64,000 bases of DNA from Basidiobolus meristosporus CBS 931.73 (taxonomy: Eukaryota; Fungi; Basidiobolomycota): positions 1 through 64,000 of the forward strand of contig MCFE01000338.1 in NCBI GenBank assembly GCA_002104905.1, written 5' to 3'. The translations under genes and the position numbers were made by a program. Positions 12,095 to 24,200 of the stretch are shown piece after piece. Under the pieces are notes generated by a model. It was not told where the DNA came from and did not search any database. It saw only the letters and a program-made list of their open reading frames with translations. Positions within the stretch are counted from its first letter, which is position 1. Every line of letters starts with the position of its first letter.

Positions 12095-12694
12095 TTAAGC
12101 TAGTAGTAAGGTGGCCAAACTGAATACAAGTGCCAGCCCAATGCTTGGTATCATTGCTTGCGTATTTGCGCTTGATTGCTTGGTTACTCCAGTAGTCATA
12201 GGTTTAATACTACTAGTGATCTGAGTAGCAGCTGGCTTAGCGCCTCCATGTGAAGCAGTTGCAGTTGAGCCGGCTGCTGGTTTAGTAGCAGAAGTAGCAG
12301 CGCCACCACCGGCCCCGCCATCAGCTCCAGCAGCAGCGATCTCGAAGTATGGGCTGTATGCTACATTTGGTGGGGAGCCGAAGCGAATGGCATACTCCTT
12401 GCCCGGGGGAATGGTGGCTGGGATGCTCCAGGAGTACTGGCCGGCTGCTGAGTCGGCATTGGGTGCAATAGGGCCAACTAACTGAAGAGCAGTCATAGGG
12501 CCAGTCATAAGGTCAATGTTGAAGGTGGCAGGCATGGGTGACCCATCCCCGTTATCAGTCCAAGTGATGATATGAGTCGATCCAGCAGGCCAGGTGTTTC
12601 CCAAGGGACCGGTGATGGCTACTCCAGCATCGACATACTTTGCTGCGATAGCCAAGACAAGAAGAGCAGAGGTAGAGAAGGATGAGAGTCTCAT
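12095..12694 (-). CDS. GPI-anchored Kre9/Knh1-like protein, copy 3
   Basis: ATG at 12694 (MRLSSF) matches paralogue starts; same domain, shorter linker, hydrophobic tail. Confidence 0.85.
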   Translation of the reverse strand: MRLSSFSTSALLVLAIAAKYVDAGVAITGPLGNTWPAGSTHIITWTDNGDGSPMPATFNIDLMTGPMTALQLVGPIAPNADSAAGQYSWSIPATIPPGKEYAIRFGSPPNVAYSPYFEIAAAGADGGAGGGAATSATKPAAGSTATASHGGAKPAATQITSSIKPMTTGVTKQSSANTQAMIPSIGLALVFSLATLLLA

Positions 12695-13064
12695 GATAGT
12701 AGAGTAAGTAATTGAGGAGATAGTAGGTTTGAGGTACAAATTGACGAGTATCTATGATCATTTATATATATTGAGAATATGCATGATGTATTCTGATAAA
12801 CAGACTATCCACAAGACATCAACAAATTTATTTGGGATAACTATGCACATTTCCCGTGAACTAGTTCACATGCATTGCACAAGAAACCTCATGGAGAAAA
12901 GACGGCAATCGCCAGAGAAGTGTTGTAAGCATTGGTAAAACAAGACGATCTATATTTATTGAAGTTAATTGGGAAAGCTGCACTCAAGTGGGGAGATTCC
13001 GATAGGATATCTTGGTTTTTTACAATGTTAAATACTCCGATTTCTTCTACTCAGTCAAGATTGT

Positions 13065-14076
13065 TTAGTGGCAAGCAGCCTGTCCATCTTGCATGTGACA
13101 ACTGGTGCCAAGTGCACATGTTTTTTTGAAAGCAGTCGCACCTCCGTCGCCACAAACTTGGAAATCTGGGCCTCCTAAGCATTTTATTTCGCACAGCGCA
13201 ACTTTTCCCGGTAGCTCATCTTCACTCTCTGAATATGGTTCGTATGCTGACTTCGGAGGTGTAGGACTAGGCTGAGGCGATGTAACATTCTTTGCGAGTT
13301 TCTTGTGCCTCGTCCCCTGCTCATCGATATTCTTGTACTTTGTCTCTTGATCTTCGATGTTCTCTGCCGGAGCCGATGCGGTGTATTTCGGATGTTCACC
13401 TGAGCACGAACTAACGATTGGTCGCTTCTCCATGAGATCAGATCCATCGTAACCCCCATTGGTAAATTCAGGAATTTGTGCGTAATTTGGAAGATCAACA
13501 ACCAGATTCTTAGGCCCGCTAATGCAATTTCCACCGCCACCTTGAATGGTGATATCTGCACAGTTCATGTAATATTCACGATTGCCAGTTTTGTTTATCC
13601 AACTCCAAGCAAACACCGCCTTACCATTGGGCGCGTTCTTGGGTATGGGAACTTCGTAATGTCGCGAGGAGGACATGCAATTTCCCATAACGGTCTTCAT
13701 TACCACAAAAGTCTTTCCTCCGTCAACGGAGAGTGAAAATTGGCAGTGGCCTCCATTATGGTCTGCCCCTCCATCCAAATCTACCGAGATAGTGCCACCA
13801 GCTTGGTAAGTGGCGGTACTTGGGCCCGGCCCGTAACCACGGCAAGGATAAGGTAACTACTAGGAGGTTAGAACTGTGATATAGCGATATGTTAGTAGAC
13901 CCAACTATTACCTTGGCGCTGAGTGGAGAAGTCATGTCGTAGTCAATCTCATCCCCTTTGTAGGCGGTACTTAACTTGGATCGACGGGGAGCAGGGTTGA
14001 TCATTTCCATGTGAGCAGTAACCAGAATGCTCGATATGTGAATAAGAATGAGGCAAACTACAACTTGTAACGACAT
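13065..14076 (-). CDS. Secreted AA11-like lytic polysaccharide monooxygenase with linker and C-terminal Cys-rich (CBM-like) module, 2 exons
   Basis: Signal peptide then His1 (HMEM); intron 13911-13857; DHNGGHCQFSLS, WSWINKTGNREYYMNCAD; C-terminal Cys cluster. Confidence 0.85.
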
Positions 14077-14511
14077 GCTTCAACCAGTGAAAGAGTTGGG
14101 AATATATTATTGACGCGGTTAACCTCGAGGATAGCTCACCGCTTTATACGAGTGACCTTCACTAGTTGAACAATACGCCGCCCAAATACACAGCATGATT
14201 GTATTATTTTGATTATGGTCTCACTTTTATCCTTTATCTGTTTCTCGCGTGGATGCAGCCATTCCCGCATAATTCTTCGGCATCATCTCCCTACTTTCAT
14301 TATTTGATCCAACGCTAGCCAGACCACATGCAGTACACTCCTATTATATATGCTACTCCCAAGATTACTGGTTTCAGTGTAGCTCTTCACAATTGTGATA
14401 TCTACGATGCATTAGGATTATTCGACCACTATCGACAGTTTATACCTCGACTACTATTTCTGAGCGCATCCTTTATTTTTGGAAGGCGCCGGATACTTAG
14501 GGTTAGGACAA

Positions 14512-15497
14512 TCATCGGTAATGATTTTTCAATTCTCGCAATTTAGCCATAACTTCAACTGGCTCTGATTTCCCGACGTTCTGTTGAATTTTGGCGTCTG
14601 ACACACGCATAAATGGATTAAAGGCTAGCTCTTCACCAATAGTGCTTGGTACGGTGACTGGATTTGAGTTACACCAAAGGTACTTTTCCTTGAGTGCTGG
14701 ATTCTCTGGATCAACCGATAATGCGAACTAATACCAGTTGTCAAAACGAGGCGTAAACCGGATATCTAGGCATATGATTTTACCTTGAGGTTGGATTTGG
14801 TGTACTCATGTCCACAGTAGACTTTGGTTTCTTTGGGGAGCGAGGCCAATACGTTGACTAAAGAGTTGTACATCTCTTCGGCGGTTCCCTCAAAGAATCG
14901 GCCACAGCCACCTATGCAGTGATTTGTGAGTATTTGTATATAGAATGAACTTGATGATATGCTTGCTACCAATAAATAGTGTATCTCCGGTGAATACTGC
15001 CTTATCACTGTCGTCGCTAACAAAATAGCTAACGCTTCCCTTTGTATGGCACACGGTCATAAGGCACTTGACATTCAAGGTTCCAATCTATCGAGAAAAT
15101 GTTAGTGGCGTATATATAGCTGATACACTGGCCAAGAATAGGCAACCTTGAACTCTTCATTGTCTTTCACAAAGTTGGTTAACTTGTCAACCCGTTCATC
15201 AGCGCCGTACACGGCCAAGCCTGGTTTCAAGGATAAGAATTCCTCATTTCCACCAGCATGGTCCCTTATACAAGTGAAAAATAGCCGTGAGCAGGCAGAC
15301 TCACCCACATATATATGACTGACTTACCAATGGTGGTGGGTGGTAAAAATGCTGGTTAAATTCACCTTTGCTTCTGTGGCAGCCTTGATCACTTTCTTCG
15401 GCTCTACGGGGTCCACGGCGATGGCCTCGTTGGTTTTCTCGTCGATGATCAAGTACGAGTAGTTGTCTTCAAGAGCGGGAATGGCGAGGACTTTCAT
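14512..15497 (-). CDS. GLO2: Hydroxyacylglutathione hydrolase (glyoxalase II), multi-exon
   Basis: [22 protein letters not shown]|[33 protein letters not shown]. Confidence 0.93.
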
Positions 15498-15769
15498 ATT
15501 GAAGTTAGCAATACAATTGCGTCAAGAGGAATTTATCACTATTTATCTACATTTATTTCTAGCATTGACACTGGAATCGTGACTGATTGATAAATAGTCG
15601 AGAGGTTTCATCAACACTCCACTTTATTACATCATCCTCTCTTGCCACGCATGCTACACAAACCGAAGATTTACAAAGACCGCAACTGATTAATGCTTAC
15701 ATTTGCTAATAGAATTACACGGAAATTCGAGATTTTATGCTACAACTCCCTTAGCCCAGCACTGTACAC

Positions 15770-16840
15770 TCATTTCGGAATCAGCATTATACAAGTAAAT
15801 ATAGCACCCCAAACGACAAGAGTGGAGATGATCATGATCACAGATAACCTAAAGCGCGCCCGTTGGATTCTTGGATCAGTCTCTTTGTCCAACAGCTCGG
15901 CTTTCGGGAGCATCATGTAATAAAGTGGCCTGGAGTAGACTTTCCCAATATCGCAGGCCTCTTCGTAATCCAGCACTTCGCGTTTGCCAGTGAATTGATT
16001 CACCAAACATACTCCCTTGATATTAGTGATGTAGCTGATTATGACCCACGCCAGCGCGGGGAACACCGTTGCGCGACACCATTTTTCTTGCCGGGTCACG
16101 AACATCCAGATAAGAAGCCCACAGCATATGGCGAGCACAATGGTGGTGCGGATGATGCGCCACAGGACTGTACTTGGGGAGATGTTTTGGATGGCGGCAG
16201 TCCGAAAGTTTGGGATAGAGGAGTTGATCAGCATGGACAGAACTTCGCCAACTGCGTTTTCGAAGATCGCAGGGTTAGTGGTCTCACTCGCATCCTTTAG
16301 CAACTGAGAGCGAATGCTGCTCCCCACGTTGACCTCTGTTTCTGAGTGCAGGGTGAAATATTGCTCTATGGCTTCATCGACCTCGTCGCGGAAGGGCTGG
16401 CCCATGTCTCCGTAACTCGATAGCAGCTTTGACTTCATGCTCTTCATCTCGAAGTTCATCGAGGAGATTGAAACTCGGTTCAGGGCTGGCTCAGGCTTCG
16501 AGGGTTCAAGGGTGGAGTCTCTGCGATTGTCTCTCAGAAGATTCTCCTCGGATAGGGTGGGGTGCTTTTGTGGTCTAGAAGCGTGGTACATGGAAAGTTT
16601 ATATTTCGCAGGGGGAGGAGATTTTCCCTGCTGCTCACTGGGCAGAGAGTTGAATTTCTTACAGTAGGCCAGGTACCACTTGTAAAAGTCCAGATTCTCG
16701 ATGCTGTGCTCTTTGTGTTTAAGAAAGCGTCGAAAGTCGGTCAGACTGATGGGGGAGATGGTGTTTCCCTGGATGACCTCCTCGAAGAACTCCCTGTTCG
16801 TTTGCCTCTGTCTACTATCGCGCCTATTCTCCCTCACCAT
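15770..16840 (-). CDS. RGS-domain membrane protein (Rax1-like)
   Basis: Intronless 356-aa ORF; SLTDFRRFLKHKEHSIENLDFY and EVNV RGS motifs; three C-terminal TM segments. Confidence 0.8.
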   Translation of the reverse strand: MVRENRRDSRQRQTNREFFEEVIQGNTISPISLTDFRRFLKHKEHSIENLDFYKWYLAYCKKFNSLPSEQQGKSPPPAKYKLSMYHASRPQKHPTLSEENLLRDNRRDSTLEPSKPEPALNRVSISSMNFEMKSMKSKLLSSYGDMGQPFRDEVDEAIEQYFTLHSETEVNVGSSIRSQLLKDASETTNPAIFENAVGEVLSMLINSSIPNFRTAAIQNISPSTVLWRIIRTTIVLAICCGLLIWMFVTRQEKWCRATVFPALAWVIISYITNIKGVCLVNQFTGKREVLDYEEACDIGKVYSRPLYYMMLPKAELLDKETDPRIQRARFRLSVIMIISTLVVWGAIFTCIMLIPK

Positions 16841-17516
16841 CCTGTGTAGAACGGATAGATTTTCGCGGCATTATATAAAGAATTTCTTTGATACACAATG
16901 ATAATGAGAAGCGAATGTATTCGGAGTGTAACGTATTACAATTCACCATTGGAAGGATCTAAATTAATCAAGAATCCACTCATCGGTGCTTGTCTCAAAT
17001 AAACATCCAAAAGCAAGGCATATTTGGCTAGGTTTCGATCCGATTACACGTACTATCTGGCGCATCTTGTTGGTGTTGTGGAAATTGGTACAGGTTCGAC
17101 AACTTGACCACTTCACCCGCACATCAGCGCATGTCAAAGGGTGATCGCTGCACTTGGTCATTGGCTAAATTGACTCTCGTACAGGTGGATTAGACCTGAG
17201 TGATCATAACAGAACATGTTTGTGGAGGACAAGTTGCTATTCCAGTGTAGATAAATGAGCGATGTGTGGCAAGTTCAGTTCATACAGCCTCTTATGATCT
17301 AGGTGTTTCTCTCACGCATTAATAGCAGTTAAATCCGAGCTGGAAACACGAGTTTAAGCAACACAGCTTGCACAAATATGACGTCCTTATAATTCCCACT
17401 TTAATGAAATCTATGAATTTCTGCCAAATCCGCGATCGTTAGCCAATGGCTAGTTTCCGCAACTCCATCAATTCATATCCAAATATTTACCAAATTACTC
17501 GTCCAACCAACTGGTA

Positions 17517-19269
17517 ATGTCATCGTCCTCACGAAAACTAACAAGACTTCCAGAACATCTGTCACTCACTTCTTCACAATTGTTCAAACTCCAAAGTTTA
17601 ACGAACAACCCCGTGCTCACCTGTAAAGATCTTCTAGCTCGTACTAGTTATGAGTTGGTGGAAAGTTGCGATTGGGATTTAGCTGTGGCTAATCAGGTCA
17701 TAAACACAGTTTCCAAAGTGGTCGCGCCTACCTCGATAACGGTACCCAATACAACCGCTTCCACTTGGATGAGAGTAGTTTTTAATAGTTCGTTTCCTAC
17801 AGGTGCTTGACATGCTGAAGGAATCGCGTAACGAACAGTTCCCTGCTTTCCTTACTACACAATATCCAGAGCTGGACCTTTGTTTGCAGGGGGGGATTCC
17901 TTGTTCTTGTATAACCGAAGTGAGTATCCTTTCTACTGTAGAGGTCGACTTGAAATATTCACCTTATCTTAGATAGTCGGCCCCCCTGGCTCTGGTAAGA
18001 CTCAGTTTTGTCTATCGTTGGCTGTGTTTGCCTCTCTTCCGGTGGATTTAGGCGGACTTCTAGGTGGTGTGATATATATAGACACTGAAGGTGCCTTCAG
18101 TGCAGATAGGTACTTCTATTCACAGCACGCTTTATATTTACCAAGCTAACATTATACCATACAATCTTGATAAGGCTGGTTGAAATCGCCACAACCAAAT
18201 TCCCTCACTACTTTAATTCAGCAGAGAGCATAAATAAACTCACCAACTCAGTCCAAATATCGCACGTCAAAACCTCACAAGAGCTGCTGACCAAGTGAAT
18301 ACGTTTACCAAGATAGGCTTGACGACAACACAAACTTACCCGGATGCACTTGACTTCACAATAGATTGGAAGCGCTAGAATACATGGTGATTTCCCACAA
18401 TATCAAGCTTGTTATTTTGGACTCCGTGGCGTCCCTAGTTAGAAAAGAGTTTACCGGTGGCAGACCTCGAGGTAGTCACGAAAACTTACCCCAAACCGGT
18501 AAAAATGTGTTCGTCTCGGAGAGGAACGAGATGTTGATGAAGGAGGCGTCCATTCTGAAGTACTTACACCTACAACTTCTTGATGTAATCGTTGCGTATC
18601 ACAGCTAACTTGATAATACTATACAGGTATATTGCTGAATCCTTCCGGATCCCTGTAAGACCTTTCATCAACGACTCTTGACAGCCATTTGAAGCTCACG
18701 TTGCTCATATGCTAGGTCTTAGTCACCAACCAAGTCACCACCAAGATTTCTGAGGTGAATGTACTTGGAGTAGGAGCTTCGTCCAAGATGGTCAATCTGG
18801 ATGGTAAATGAGTAGTCAGATAGATACCTTGTTGACCAATGACTCACATGTAGTTTGCAATCTAGAGCCGCATGCGGAGAACAGTTTTGTGACGGCTGCT
18901 TTAGGAAACACGTGGGCTCACTCGGTTACCACACGCTTGATCGTAGAATACGTCGAATCTGCGGAGCACCTAGAGAAAGCCAACCTTCGTAAAATATCCG
19001 TGGCCAAATCACCCATTGCACCACATGGCGAGTTCCTGTATACTATAGGAAAGGCTGGGGTTGTTGGATTAGGACGTTTCAGCCCCGAAGTTGACTCCGA
19101 GCACGAGCATAACGCTTTCAAAAAAATCCACACCCGCGCTCCCAAGCGAAGCAGTAAGCCCTTGTTACTTGATATTCGCATCACACTCCCAAGATTAACC
19201 TCCCACTTTTGTGGCATAGTATACAACGACAGTGAAGCTCAACACACCATGATAACTGGAAATCGCTGA
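17517..19269 (+). CDS. RAD51B: RAD51 paralogue of the RAD51B type, multi-exon
   Basis: Walker A E|IVGPPGSGKTQ, YIDTEGAFSADR, Walker B LVILDSVASLVRKEF, VTNQVTT, AALGNTWAHSVTTRL, KSPIAP. Confidence 0.85.
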
Positions 19270-19301
19270 GTGGCGGTTTTTATTTCTCGTATAGATCTCA
19301 A

Positions 19302-20359
19302 CTATGCCAAAGTGTGGCATTTGTTGGTTGGTAGTGCTAGACTTGTGGCCCTAGAGCTTATTAGTAATGAGGAGTACCTCGGGAGATTCGTCGAATCGTA
19401 TTTCTCCAACCATTGTTGTATATCCGGATGAATCAATCTCACTGGCAATACAGAAATAAATTTGTATCTTTTATCATCAGCCATTTCAATCTTGGCCTTA
19501 ATGTGATGGCTTACACTCACGTATTTCCCATGGCAATCATAAGTTGGTGCAACACGCTTCGCTACAATTGGAAGGTTCAATATGGCCAACTGTATTGGGG
19601 CCTCCCCTGACTTGTACCTGACCACCTTACTGATGATTCGGTTGCACTTCTTCAACTCCGATCTTCCGTTTTGCGATCGCTTGAAGTATGCAACCGATTC
19701 ATTCAGGGTGGCGGTAAGCTTCCAGGAAAACAACGCACCCACTAATGACTCCAAGCGAAATGCAACATTCAATGAATCCTTCAGCGAGTAGTCGACTCCG
19801 TTTAGCATCACTTGATACCGTAGCATATCTCTCCATAGCCCATCCGCTATCCTGAACTCTTCGCATGCTGGTAGGACTCGGCGTATGTACACTGGAACCG
19901 AATTGGTCAAATTCGAATGGAACTTCATCGTCTCTACCACACCGTACAGCTGATAATCCACCTTTCCTAGGTGGGTTACCGCAGTCTGCTCAGACTGGTT
20001 GGGGATTTTTACCACGCATTCGTACGAATAATCCCCGGGTCCCAAGTAATATTCTGTACCCTGTCGCTCAAGGATGTGATGATAACTGGTATGTTTGGTG
20101 GATTTTTCTTCCCATAAGCCTAGATGGTGACTGGTTAATACCGTTCGATAGTTGTGAAGCGTGGCCCTTTACCTCCCAATCGCTTTCTGGTGAAGACCCC
20201 TTTGAGAGTCAGGTAAATGGAGCGGACTTTCAGAGGACGATGGAGTTTCAAATCTACGGTTACATGTAAATAGGATTCGGGACAATCCTCGTGGACCAGC
20301 ACTGTATTACTGAGGGTTCGTAGTTGTAAACATGGCTTGGTATGTCTAATCATATTCAT
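19302..20359 (-). CDS. Arrestin-like (arrestin N/C fold) protein, 2 exons
   Basis: GTAAAG..CATCTAG intron joins RKRLG|GLWEE; VDLKLHRPLKVRSIYLTLKG, GPGDYSY, KVDYQL, VSVSHHIK patterns. Confidence 0.65.
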
Positions 20360-21258
20360 GGCTTGTTCTGTACTTCTTCATGTGTGCAATCAGAAATCAA
20401 CGTAGTTGGGAAGAACTTCTTTTCATGCAGCCTTTTTATATGATCTAGAGAGCTTACTGCTAACCGCTAATTCCTCATCCCGAGCATGGTCATTATGAGC
20501 GACCTGTTATAATATTTCCCTACGTTCGCTCATGGATTGGGTGCGTATTCTCGATCCACTTGAAAAAATCCTAGAGACTTCGGCTATAAAGGGAAATCTG
20601 CCAGCTGGACTAATCTATCATTTCAGTGGTGTCCAATGAATTGGAAGATTGAAGTTGGCTAAGAATGATGTGATGGAATCCAGTAACCTCAAACGGATTG
20701 AGCTGTTATCAAGAATTATTTTCCGATCCACTCTACCCAAAAATGGTGGACGATTCAAATTAATCATTGGATCGCTGCATGCCGGTTGGGTGATGAGTGA
20801 TGGGGATCAATCTACTCGTGCCAACTTCAATCCAAGAGTGATTGGATGTTCAGTTGGATAGGCTGGTTACCCAAGCACCTTCTTGACAGTGCTGGCTGTC
20901 CATCACTACAAGAGTATAGTGCTGTGACTTGGTCTGGAACATGTGGCGTACCATTTGTGCTAGCATGGACGAAATGGTTCCGAAGCTCCAATACGCTATG
21001 CTAAAAATATCTACACTTATAGTCAGCACTTCGACGTTCCAAAAGGAGACGAAATAAAAATTTGGCAAACGCTTCACTAGCAGCCTTGGGAATATATGTT
21101 GGCCGCTATGTAGTGGGCCAGCCTAGTCAAGGCCACTTCTTGCTATCGGAGTCGTTAAGCGAGGGGAAATACGTATGGTACAGATGGTCATGTTTATTGT
21201 CTAATTGATTGCGAATAATAAACAGAGATGTGGATGATATTACAAATAAAAAACCGCT

Positions 21259-24200
21259 TCAAATCTTGCAAAAACTGAATACTTGAGCTAGATCAACGTA
21301 GCGCCTACCGCACTTACTTAGGTACTTATTTACTTGATCCTTCATACGTGCCGCATCTGCTCTATGCGTTGTACATAAGGCCTGGATTTTGGCTTCAAAC
21401 TCAGTTCCAGCTGCATTCTTCCGGATTTTGTCTTCATCAAACAAGCTCTCATAGTACTTCAATTGAGTATACAGCTCAGTGTCGCTGTATTGATATGCCA
21501 CGGTTCCTTTGTGGCGCATCAAGCAGCGGCGTCCGTAGACTGACATGGATTTGGAGCGATGTCCGCATTGGGGATCCTCACATACCAACCATCCTTCATT
21601 ATACTGGCTAATATGGGTACGAATCGCGAGCTTCAATTGGGCAGCCAGAGAGCCGAGAGAGGCATACTTGCCACAAGAGGGATTGGGGCATTTGAATCCG
21701 GACACCACACTGCTGTCTTGCACCACTGCGGTTCCAGGAAACTCGTACACTTGATGGCAGTGTCTACACTTTGGAGAAAATCTGGTGGCATTTTTGAATC
21801 GGTCGGCATCAGGAATTTGAGAATCCAGTGTGGTGAATCTTTCGTTCGAGGCTCTGGCTGCAGTACTATGGTACTTGGAAGAATCAAGTCCTAGACAATG
21901 GGCAATGTGGGCGGCATCTGTGCCCTCAATGGGATCGCATAATCTGGCCACTGGGGGATGAACCTGTTGGTTCAGATACCACTCAATATCGATCGTCAAA
22001 GGTGAACCTTGACGTGTGACATCGTCAGGGTGGTATGCTCTTTCCGCATAAGAAGATTTCGTAGACTGGTTGTCGTCAGAGGCTCGGCAGATGACGAAGG
22101 GGACGGTGTCTCCAGCACGAATACTGATTCCCTTGGATTTCATCCGCAATGCCACTTGAACGTGAGGCTGGCTCTTGGCATCAGCGTAATCCTCGGGGTT
22201 TTTCGTAAGTCCCTTGTTGATGATGAACTTATTGATGGGAGTAAGGCCGTTGCGAACCTCTTCCCCAATCTTTACCAGATACTTGTGTATTCTTTCGACC
22301 GCCTCCTCCCGATTATCTCCCGAAAAGATTTCCTGCAAAACGAAATTGGATACATCATGGGAGAGATCGCACCAATCACGTCGGACCAAATCCAGACCTT
22401 TGGTCTCCATGGTGGTTTCTTCTTTGCCATCCCGTTCCTCAAGCTTCAGCGCGGCGTACTTTTTCTTCTTGAGCAGGAGCATTCTTTTGAACACTCCGTC
22501 CATCTCAAGTTCCAATAGACGGTAGCGCTCGTTGACCTTCTTCTTGAAGTAACTTCCTATTTTCCGGACGTCCTCGAGTAATTCGGTGTTGGTGTTGATC
22601 ATGATGGAATCTGTATCACCATAGATTACATCCAGTCGCTCCGCTTCAGCCAAATCAACAGTGTTTTGGAGAATCTCTCTTCCCTTGGAGGTAATCAGCA
22701 TGGCGAGCTGTTTGGCATAGAAACGCGAGTGCGTAAAACCGAGACAACCGTACATACTGTTGGCGGTCAACTTCAAAGCCTTCTGCCGGATGTCGTATTG
22801 CTCTAGCTCCAGAGGAGAGGCTCTAGGGTTTTTCATTAGCCCTTTGACGGTCTTTCTTTTCTCGACTAGGGTGTGAATAAGTCTTGGTAGGACACCTTGG
22901 TCAATATCAGTATCAGGCACTTCTGGGATTTGGTCCGGGTCATTCTCATCCTTTCTATCCACTGTGGTGAAACAAATATTGAACTCCTGGATGATCGAGG
23001 GATAAAGACTATTGAAATCAAGAAGCAGCACGTATTTGTCGTATAAGCCTTTCTTTGGCTCTAAAACGAGACCACCGGTGTAAGCTGGCTTACGTCTACC
23101 GGTCTTACGCGTCTCTTGCTCTTCGTCCGGACCGTCGCCGTCAAGCTCCATGTTAACAACAGCTCTAGATTTACTATTGAATGTCTTGTCGGGGCAGATA
23201 TACTTGTTGCGATGAAACTCATGGAGTAGAAGGTATTCGTTTCTTTCAGCACGCGCACCTGTCATAGTACGAGACCACAAGTTACCGGCCAAATTGGTCA
23301 ACTGTTTCGTTAAAGGAAGTATCTGTAATCGGAACATGAGGGAGATGGTCAGATATGCATCAAACTCGCAGTGCTTGAGGATGTACATAAGGTCCCGGGA
23401 GGAATTGAAATAATACGGGATCTTCTCGAACTCAATGTTCTCCCGGTTAATCTTCAGTTCTGTCTTGGCCAAGTTAGATAAACTATAACTAGTTGCTCGG
23501 ATCAAATCTTTCGTTGCCAGATACGTGTCGCAAATAATTCTCCCGCTCACGATGGCTTTCTCGGCGTATGTAGAGTCGCCCATACCGCCAGCGCCAGCCT
23601 GAAGCTGAGGCCATTGGGTTCTTCTTAGTCTTCCAAGACGCGACCAGTGATCAACTTTGTTTGCTTTCATGCGGTGTAGAAGCACATCCAAATCAAAGCC
23701 TACAAAGTTGTGCCCGACGATTACATCCGGATCGGCCTTGTGAATAATGGCTACCGTAGAGAATTAGAACTCATGTTGTACTTTCCTAATGCCTAGTGCA
23801 AAAATTACCAATGAGATAGTTCAAGAGCGCTCTCTCAGTTCTAGAAATCTCCAGCTTCCACTTTTGTTTTTGTACCTGATCGCTGAACCCGACAGGGTAT
23901 GGCATTTCATTAAGCTGTCTGACCACGGTGTACTGAGAGCATGGAAGTTTGTCCATATATGAGGTGCTGTCGATTGGGACTTGATCATATACCAGGGTAC
24001 TGGCCATGACAATCTCATTAGCATGCTTTTGGGTGTTCATGACCGTTTTCAAGCTGAGACTCAAGACTGTTAATGGAGGAGTAGGCTTCATGTTGTCGCA
24101 CTCTTTCACTGGGTTGACTTCTTTAGGATTATTCGAGGTAACCTCCAGCTTGCACCAGGACATCTAAATCGACGCAGAGTCAAAGGAATGCCAGTCAATG

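Noticed and set aside
17924-17972. GTATCCTTT (U12-type 5' splice consensus) inside a RAD51B intron
   Set aside because: The upstream GTGAGT donor keeps the frame (ITE|IVGPPG); using the U12-like site shifts it, and no good U12 branch site is present
20850-21200. 75-aa ORF and intron-like signals downstream of POL1
   Set aside because: Non-ATG start; my attempted splice models all hit stops
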